Source: an uncultured Candidatus Entotheonella sp. (GTDB lineage: Bacteria > Tectomicrobia > Entotheonellia > Entotheonellales > Entotheonellaceae). Taken from it: DNA of 64,000 nt. Every line of letters starts with the position of its first letter. Position 1 is the stretch's first letter. Position numbers and translations under genes: made by a program. The notes beneath the pieces were generated by a model. The model had not been told where the DNA came from. It ran no database searches and worked only from the letters and a program-made list of their open reading frames with translations. Positions 57,543 to 64,000 of this stretch are shown here, piece after piece. The stretch covers positions 3,008,001 to 3,072,000 of the forward strand of contig OZ244252.1 of the NCBI GenBank assembly GCA_965217185.1. The letters are read 5' to 3'.

Positions 57543-60500
57543 CTACCAACGCATCGCGAATCGCAGGTTGACGGCGTGCTCGGTTGCCGCATCACCGTCG
57601 CTTTCGCGCCGCATACCCTCGATGCCGAACCGCATGTCCGCGTCGGACAGCCGCGCAGAACTGATCCGGTAACCTACCCGGTAGTCGCGTCCGCTTTCCA
57701 GCACTCCGGCGCCGGCCCAAGGCGCGCCCGTAAACCGACCGCCCAGAATGGGGAACCCGTAGGCGGCTTCAGCGGCGAGCCGGCCGCCGCGCGAGGCATC
57801 GCGTGCCGCCAGTTCCGCCAGGGTCTCGCGCCCCAGCAACGCATCCGTGCCGGCCAATGAGGCCAAGCCGATGGATGACCTGAGGGACGCCGACAGGCCG
57901 CGATCTGAGGATGGGTGCGGATCGAAGCTCACCAGCCCCGAGATGCTCCAGTCGCGGAACCCAGCCACTTGGTGCGCCACCAGGCTACGCGCTTCGAGTT
58001 CCACGGATAGCCCCCGCGCCGGAACCGACCAGATGAGACCGCCGCCAACCTCCACGCCCAAGCCGGTTTCCGCGTCGCCGCCGTCGTGGCGCAGGCCGAG
58101 TTCGAACCTCGGCGTCAGCATGGTACCGTTCTTCAGGACTGCCGCGTAGGAACTTTCCAGGCCCAACCGCAGGCGGGTGACATCCGCATCCGCCGCCAAG
58201 AGACCAGCCGTCGCGTCCGATGTCGTGTGCACCCAGAATGCGTCCGTCTCCAACGCCACCGTCAACCCGTTCGCCGCGGCCGCCAGCACGCTCCGCGAAC
58301 CGATTGCTGCCATCGTGAGGCCGATATCGGTTTCCATCGCGGCATCACCTGCCGCCGTCAGCGTCAATACGCCTCGGCCAAAACCGCCCATGGCCCACAG
58401 CCGGACACGGTCGCTGAGCGTGTAGCCGACATAGGGATGCAGGCTCGTCAAGGTGCTATCCACGTTACCCCCTGCAGCCTCGACCTGACCGAACGAGCCC
58501 TTGCCCTCGCTGTAAGCCAGTGCCACACCGGTGAGCCAGCGACGCCAGGCGCCGTCCACCCCCAGGGTGGCGGTGGTCACCGTGCCGTCGAGCGACAACC
58601 TGTCCGCCCCGCCGTCAAAACCGCTGGTCGCCACCCGGCCCCACGCCGTCAGACGCGGGTACGGAGTTGACTCCTCCTCGTTGGAGACCAGGTGGAAGGC
58701 GCTGCCCATCAACAACTGGCGAACGGTCATGTCCTGGCCGATGGTTTGGGCCAGTTCAGATTCGTGCCGCCGGTACCGATCCGGAGCCAGGTGGGCAGCC
58801 AGCTTGCTGGTATCCAGGTCGGCAGCACCGCCAAGCCGGTGGCCGCCAAGCTGCACGTAGGAGCCTGGCGACGTATCGAGGCGCGCCTCCAGAGCGTCAA
58901 CCAGATGGCTGGCGACCGTGCGGCCAAAGCGCGCCATCCACGCCTTGGGCAAGGGATCGCTGTTGACGATCGTCCCCGTCGCCGTGCCATCCTCAATGCG
59001 TGCTTCCAATGGGTTGGAGAGCGTTAGCGTCAGCGTCTCGCCACCGTCGTCGTGCGAATCGTCGAGCACCCTTACCCTGATCTCCCTGGTCAGCTCGCCC
59101 GCATAGAAGGTGAGCGTGCCGCTCGTTGGCGTGTAGTCTGCTCCGGCCTTCGCGGTGCCGTCGCTGGTGGCGTAGTCTACGCGCGTTTCAGACTCCCTAG
59201 CCCGGCTCAGGGTGACTCGGAAAACAAGAGTTTTGCCCTCGCCCGTCGCCGCGTCCGCCACCGACAATTGGGCCGCCTCGCCGGTCAGGCAGCGCACGCC
59301 CACGTCTTCCAAGTGTTCAAGGGAGCAGTTGTGCTGTCCCAGCGCAGTGCCCTCGATCTGCCACGCCCGCGGGCAGTCGATCAGATCCGACTCGTCGCCG
59401 TCACAGAGCAGATTATCCAGCCAGATGGGAACGCCTTCGTCGGCCGCCCCGAAGTGCGACTGCAGAAAGCGTCCGCCATTCTTCACGGTACCCTGTTCGT
59501 AGCCGAGCTGACGGCACGCGATATCCGCCTCATCGTCCGTCCAGTAGTCGTCGCAGATGGTGCCCCACTGGTCGTCGACGTACATTTCCAGGCGCCCCTC
59601 GTTCGGCGTGGCGCCGTTCACCAGCCGCAGGTCGCCGTCGATATAGGCGCCGGGCGCCGACGCTGCGGCCTGTCTGACGGTGATCTGCACGTCGAGGGCG
59701 GAGCCGCTGCATCCCGTCGGATCACCCTCGCCGCCGATCCAATACGGGTCCTGGGCGTTATGGATGCGCACCGTGTAGTCATTGTTGCCGCCGAAGTTGT
59801 AGTCCGGTGCCGCAAAGCGGATGCTCACCTGCCCCGAAGTTCCCGTCGTATCGGTTTCGTTCGTCACCAGTGTCGCCAAGTTGCTGTTCGTCATTGCGTT
59901 CGCCAACACGGCGACATTATCCGATTCGATCTCGCAGCGGATGGGTGGGTTCAACATACGGTTGCCCAGCCGCCAGTTTTTAGTGCCGGCATGCACCGCC
60001 TGCCAGGAAAACGAAAAGGTTGTCGTGCTGCCCTCGACGGCCTCGACGCTTGTCGTCCACCGCTGATTTCCCATGAAGGTGGCGTTCTGGAATTGGGGCG
60101 ACGGGTCGTACACGGCATCAATGGCCAAGGTACCATCCACAATCGTATCGGTACCGGCAAGATAGACAGCTGCCAGCATTTGCGAAGACCCGCCCCCGCT
60201 ATTGGGGCCGTAGAACGCCGTGTAGACGTCGGGCGCCACGTTGTGGGGCGCGATTTTGACTTGGCTGTGGCTGAGAAACGTAACGTCCAGAAGCGCGTCT
60301 GAAGCATTGACGATACCAACACCCCGCCTTGCGACCCTGAGTTCGTAGTCCTCGCCGGGCGTACCGCCGGAAAACGTCAGGATATCCCCGTTGCCGTAGC
60401 CGTGAGGAAACAGAACGTGACCGCTGGCAGGCGGCACCGCGCACGTCAGCAATGCAAGAACCAACCCCTGAGCCCAAATGAATCGCAGGCACGTCGCCAG

Positions 60501-60560
60501 GCTGGGAAGCCAACAAGGAACCGGGGAGCGATGCGGGTGTTGCGGTTGGTCAAAGGACAT
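57543..60560 (-). CDS. Autotransporter-like surface protein with SRCR and Calx-beta domains
   Basis: Signal peptide; SRCR (LRLVNG...GRLE...WGTICDD...CRQLGY...IWLD..C.GDE...C...HNC..EDVGVRC); Calx-beta (VDYATSDGTA.AG.DY); beta-barrel ending in W. Confidence 0.85.
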   Translation of the reverse strand: MSFDQPQHPHRSPVPCWLPSLATCLRFIWAQGLVLALLTCAVPPASGHVLFPHGYGNGDILTFSGGTPGEDYELRVARRGVGIVNASDALLDVTFLSHSQVKIAPHNVAPDVYTAFYGPNSGGGSSQMLAAVYLAGTDTIVDGTLAIDAVYDPSPQFQNATFMGNQRWTTSVEAVEGSTTTFSFSWQAVHAGTKNWRLGNRMLNPPIRCEIESDNVAVLANAMTNSNLATLVTNETDTTGTSGQVSIRFAAPDYNFGGNNDYTVRIHNAQDPYWIGGEGDPTGCSGSALDVQITVRQAAASAPGAYIDGDLRLVNGATPNEGRLEMYVDDQWGTICDDYWTDDEADIACRQLGYEQGTVKNGGRFLQSHFGAADEGVPIWLDNLLCDGDESDLIDCPRAWQIEGTALGQHNCSLEHLEDVGVRCLTGEAAQLSVADAATGEGKTLVFRVTLSRARESETRVDYATSDGTAKAGADYTPTSGTLTFYAGELTREIRVRVLDDSHDDGGETLTLTLSNPLEARIEDGTATGTIVNSDPLPKAWMARFGRTVASHLVDALEARLDTSPGSYVQLGGHRLGGAADLDTSKLAAHLAPDRYRRHESELAQTIGQDMTVRQLLMGSAFHLVSNEEESTPYPRLTAWGRVATSGFDGGADRLSLDGTVTTATLGVDGAWRRWLTGVALAYSEGKGSFGQVEAAGGNVDSTLTSLHPYVGYTLSDRVRLWAMGGFGRGVLTLTAAGDAAMETDIGLTMAAIGSRSVLAAAANGLTVALETDAFWVHTTSDATAGLLAADADVTRLRLGLESSYAAVLKNGTMLTPRFELGLRHDGGDAETGLGVEVGGGLIWSVPARGLSVELEARSLVAHQVAGFRDWSISGLVSFDPHPSSDRGLSASLRSSIGLASLAGTDALLGRETLAELAARDASRGGRLAAEAAYGFPILGGRFTGAPWAGAGVLESGRDYRVGYRISSARLSDADMRFGIEGMRRESDGDAATEHAVNLRFAMRW

Positions 60561-60713
60561 TTCCCTTCTCCTCTACATGGGCATGCCTGGCGTGCCGGCG
60601 CGTATCAGGCCGTTGGAGCCACACCGGCTGCCGCTCAACAGGGTCGGATCGCTTGAACCCGACCTGCCTCACGCTTGACCGGTGCGGTGCCGGCTCTCAC
60701 TGTCATCCTCCTG

Positions 60714-60729
60714 AGCATAAACTGTGCCA
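60714..60729 (-). promoter_or_regulatory. Sigma54 (-24/-12) promoter candidate for the SRCR autotransporter
   Basis: TGGCACAGTTTATGCT, with correct GG-N10-GC spacing, about 150 bp upstream of the ATG. Confidence 0.55.
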
Positions 60730-61014
60730 GGTCCTTTGCGGACGCATAAGTCCTTTATACAAAGGGTCTTAGGGGATGGATGGAGAGGATGGGGAAATTC
60801 CGTAATGTTGCAGAATGAAACGGTTCAAAGGCTCTGAAGGACAGAGGTGAGCGGCTGGCGTTCTGAGGGTGTAGTGGCTGCTGGCACAGGTTGCGGGAAA
60901 GTCGGAGGGCGTGGCGATTTGCAACACTGTTGCGTCTTACGACAGGAGTCTTCGATCTGAATGACGTGATGTTACGCATTTGGCAACTTGTCAACCCATC
61001 TTGAGGTGTGGTAG

Positions 61015-61197
61015 TGGCTCACTTTCAAATTTCCTTCTCACACCAACGCTTCCCCCTCTCCCTAGCCCTCCCCCACGGAGGGGGGAGGGGACCCGGACTG
61101 GGGGTCTCCCCCTCTCCCCTGGTGGGAGAGGGTCGGGGTGAGGGGGAAACCGGCGCCGGACGACCGAACGTGCAACCCGTCTGGAACACGTGAGCCA
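61015..61197. repeat. Palindromic REP/MITE-like element
   Basis: Terminal IR TGGCTCAC/GTGAGCCA enclosing two 9-bp hairpins, CCCTCCCCC-N5-GGGGGAGGG and CCCTCTCCC-N5-GGGAGAGGG. Confidence 0.6.
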
Positions 61198-61537
61198 GTC
61201 TTTTCAAGCTGAGCCACCAGCCTCCCATATGGGATGTATTTCGTTTTTCATTTTCATGTATAGTGCGCCTCCGGCGTGTGGGCAATCGGCGCCCCTGGTC
61301 ACGGCAACGACGTGATCAGAGATTCTGCCGGCGGGGAAGACCGCATCCATCTCACAAACGGAGGAGCACAGCGTGCCCGACAGGATCAGCTCGACAGGTA
61401 GTGTGACGGCAGGAAGTTCGGCGACGGGCGAGATCGAAACCGCCAACGGCTTTGCACGTGAAGAGGAGAGGGCCATGCAAGCACGGCGCCTCAGCGGCGT
61501 GCTCGGCAGGCCCTGCGCCGCCCTCGTCAAAAAGGGC

Positions 61538-61567
61538 TTGACATCCCCGGAATGCGGTTTTCATCTT
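61538..61567 (+). promoter_or_regulatory. Sigma70-type promoter candidate immediately before the microsatellite
   Basis: Perfect TTGACA; weak -10 CATCTT at 18-nt spacing. Confidence 0.45.
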
Positions 61568-61570
61568 GAG

Positions 61571-61710
61571 AGCCGAGCCGAGCCGAGCCGAGCCGAGCCG
61601 AGCCGAGCCGAGCCGAGCCGAGCCGAGCCGAGCCGAGCCGAGCCGAGCCGAGCCGAGCCGAGCCGAGCCGAGCCGAGCCGAGCCGAGCCGAGCCGAGCCG
61701 AGCCGAGCCG
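61571..61710 (+). repeat. Pentanucleotide microsatellite (AGCCG)28
   Basis: 28 perfect units counted (140 bp), ending 11 bp before ATG 61722. Confidence 0.97.
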
Positions 61711-61721
61711 GAGCCGAGGCC

Positions 61722-64000
61722 ATGACGGCGCCTCGGGCGCAGCACCGCCCGCCATCGCCGCCTGACCGCCGGCCGTCCCCTCGGGGCGGCCATCCCTCTT
61801 CTCAGACCGCATCCGCCGCCGCACGGCCGGCGGGTTTCGCGCGCCTGGCCGGCGCCCGGCGCGGCCTCGTCCACTCCGCCCGCCCGCTCGCCGCCGTGGC
61901 GCTGCTCGCGCTCGCCGCCGCCCTCGCCCTGCCGGCCACGGCGCAGGCGCAGACGCCCACGACCTTTGTCAGCAACCTGGGGCAGACCGATACCAGCTCT
62001 AACACCATCAGCTCTCCAACTTCACCGCGTGCACAACAATTCGAGACGGGAAGCAACTCGGGTGGGTACACGCTTACGGAGATAGTGGTCAATATCAGGG
62101 GCGCGCGCACCGGAACCCCGGCGTTCGCCCTCTACACGAGCACGGCGGCCGACAGGCCGGACACCAAGGTTGTGGATCTGAACGGCAACAGTTCCACGGC
62201 GGGCGAGCAGAGTTTTTCCCCGGCCAGCACCACCCCTCTCAGCGCGTCGACCAAGTACTTCATCGTGTTCCACATGACTATTGGACAGACAAACCTGCAA
62301 AGGACGTCTTCGGACAACATTGACTCGGGGGCTTCGACGGGATGGGACATTGCGGAGAATTCGTTGTTCACCAACGCAGGCTGGGCTGTAAGTGGCAACT
62401 CTGTTGAAATCGCCATCAAGGGCACCGCGGTGGGCGGCACGCCCTCGTCGGACGCGACGCTGAGCGGGCTGACGGTGACCGCCGGCGGCACGGACCTGGT
62501 GACCTTCGCGTCGGGCACCACCACCTACGCGGCGTCGGTGACGAACGACGTCGAAGAGGTGACGGTGACGCCGACGAAGAACGATTCCGGGGCGACGATC
62601 GAATACCTGGACGGGGACGACGCGACGCTCACCGACGCCGACACCTCGGATCCCGGCCATCAGGTGGCGCTGGCGGTGGGCAACTACGTCATCAAGGTGA
62701 AGGTGACGGCCGAGGACGGCAACACCACCAAGACCTACACGGTCACGGTGGACCGGGCGGCGGCCGCCTCGACCCCCGGCGTGCTGGTGAGCAATATGGG
62801 CCAGGCCTCCGACGGCCGCGGTAATAACATAAATGACACTTGGCTGGCAGCGCAGGGCTTTTCGGTCCCCAGCGGCGGCGGCAACTACACGCTCACCTCG
62901 ATCGAGATTCTCGTCAGCCAAGACATTTCGTCCACGAATATCGACTCGCTGACCGTCAACGTCTGGTCCGCCGATTCGTCGGGCCGTCCGGACAGTTCCC
63001 TGCATACCCTGACAAATCCGGCGAGCGTGACAGACGACGTCGCGGCGAGCTTCACTGCCCCTGCGAGCGCAACGCTCGAGGCGGGTAACACCTATGTAGT
63101 CTTGGTGGATTACGACCAAACAGGTAATAGGAATTGGCTGAGCACGAATGCGAATAGCGAAGACGCGACCTCCACGGCCGGTTGGACCATCGCCAATACG
63201 GGCCTGTATCGTGCACGTACGGCCACGAGCTGGACTAACCGGGGCGAAGCCTTCTTTCTCCAAGTCAACGGCACCACGGTGGCCTCGTCGGACGCGACCC
63301 TGAGCGCGCTGACGATGATCGCCGCCGGCACGAACCTGCTGACCTTCGTATCGGGCGGCACCACCTCCTACGGGTATGACGTGGCGTACGACGTCGACGA
63401 GGTGACGGTGACGGCGATGACGACCGATTCCGGGGCGACGATCGAATATCTGGACGGGGACGACGCGACGCTCGACGACGCCAGCACCTCAGATGACGGC
63501 CATCAGGTGGCGCTGGCGGTGGGCAACAACAACGTCATCAAGGTGAAGGTGACGGCCGCGGACGGCGTCACCACCAAGACCTACACAGTGGATGTGAGCC
63601 GGGCGGCGGCCTCGACGGACGCGATGCTGACCGATCTGGTCGTCAACGACGGCACCATGAACCTGACGCTGACGCCGACCTTCGCATCGGGCATGTACAC
63701 CTACACGGCGTCGGTGGTGAACACCGTCGCCGAGGTGACGGTGACGGCGACGAAGAACGACACCAACGCGACGATCGCATATCTGGACGCGTCCGACATG
63801 ACGCTCGACGACGCAGGCACGGATGCTGGCCATCAGGTGGCGGTGGCGGTGGGCGACAACGTCATCAAGGTGAAGGTGACGGCCGAGGACGGCAACGCCA
63901 CCCAGACCTACACGGTGACGGTGAAGCGGGCGGCGGCGGCCAACGCGGACGCGACGCTGAGCAATCTGGTCGTCAACGACGGCACCACGGACCTGACGCT
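61722..64000 (+). CDS. Large secreted adhesin-like protein with cadherin-like beta-sandwich repeats (3' truncated by the window)
   Basis: Not in the ORF track because there is no stop. Extended signal ...LALPATAQA, two VSN(L/M)GQ domains, and repeats DATLS.L...IKVKVTAEDG.TT.TYTVTV.R. Confidence 0.85.
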   Translation, partial: MTAPRAQHRPPSPPDRRPSPRGGHPSSQTASAAARPAGFARLAGARRGLVHSARPLAAVALLALAAALALPATAQAQTPTTFVSNLGQTDTSSNTISSPTSPRAQQFETGSNSGGYTLTEIVVNIRGARTGTPAFALYTSTAADRPDTKVVDLNGNSSTAGEQSFSPASTTPLSASTKYFIVFHMTIGQTNLQRTSSDNIDSGASTGWDIAENSLFTNAGWAVSGNSVEIAIKGTAVGGTPSSDATLSGLTVTAGGTDLVTFASGTTTYAASVTNDVEEVTVTPTKNDSGATIEYLDGDDATLTDADTSDPGHQVALAVGNYVIKVKVTAEDGNTTKTYTVTVDRAAAASTPGVLVSNMGQASDGRGNNINDTWLAAQGFSVPSGGGNYTLTSIEILVSQDISSTNIDSLTVNVWSADSSGRPDSSLHTLTNPASVTDDVAASFTAPASATLEAGNTYVVLVDYDQTGNRNWLSTNANSEDATSTAGWTIANTGLYRARTATSWTNRGEAFFLQVNGTTVASSDATLSALTMIAAGTNLLTFVSGGTTSYGYDVAYDVDEVTVTAMTTDSGATIEYLDGDDATLDDASTSDDGHQVALAVGNNNVIKVKVTAADGVTTKTYTVDVSRAAASTDAMLTDLVVNDGTMNLTLTPTFASGMYTYTASVVNTVAEVTVTATKNDTNATIAYLDASDMTLDDAGTDAGHQVAVAVGDNVIKVKVTAEDGNATQTYTVTVKRAAAANADATLSNLVVNDGTTDLT

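Noticed and set aside
60882..60894. TGGCACAGGTTGC as a second sigma54 promoter
   Set aside because: GG-to-GC spacing is 8 nt, not the required 10.
61571..61710. Possible CRISPR array (also considered for the REP doublets)
   Set aside because: No unique spacers, wrong unit size and no cas genes.
61352..61874. ORFs encoding SRAEP/ARLGS repeats as functional proteins
   Set aside because: They are translations of the pentanucleotide tract and appear in several frames on both strands. Considered only as a possible regulatory uORF.

Overview
GC-rich bacterial chromosomal window from a diderm organism. The SRCR, TPR and cadherin-like surface proteins, many TA modules and LuxR/PAS regulator suggest a marine-invertebrate (probably sponge) symbiont; this is inference only. 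About 55 CDS are supported. From left to right: pyrE-like gene, cysteine hydrolase, alkaline-phosphatase-superfamily enzyme and family-B DNA polymerase; a defence/TA islet (6.0-12.9 kb) containing a type IIG R-M gene split by a 7-bp tandem duplication, an LA2681-like HEPN protein and three TA pairs; a metal-uptake operon headed by a CxxC...RAPP (DUF2946/CruR-like) leader ORF, followed by a Met/His/Asp-repeat outer-membrane barrel and a cluster A-I ABC transporter; tatD-TPR-rimI; methylmalonyl-CoA mutase large subunit; parE-parC; a sugar ABC transporter; catabolic enzymes; a chimeric PQQ dehydrogenase; and, at the right end, two divergent large surface-protein genes (an SRCR + Calx-beta autotransporter and a cadherin-like repeat adhesin) separated by a sigma54-like promoter, a palindromic element and an (AGCCG)28 microsatellite. 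GTAG-type REP doublets, a mini-IS630 and an IS5 remnant are present. I found no rRNA, tRNA, CRISPR array, integrase or reverse transcriptase. The best candidates for undescribed biology are the RAPP-leader-controlled metal import operon, the microsatellite-switched adhesin/SRCR locus and the duplication-switched R-M plus HEPN pair. All family assignments come from motif recognition by eye, not database searches.
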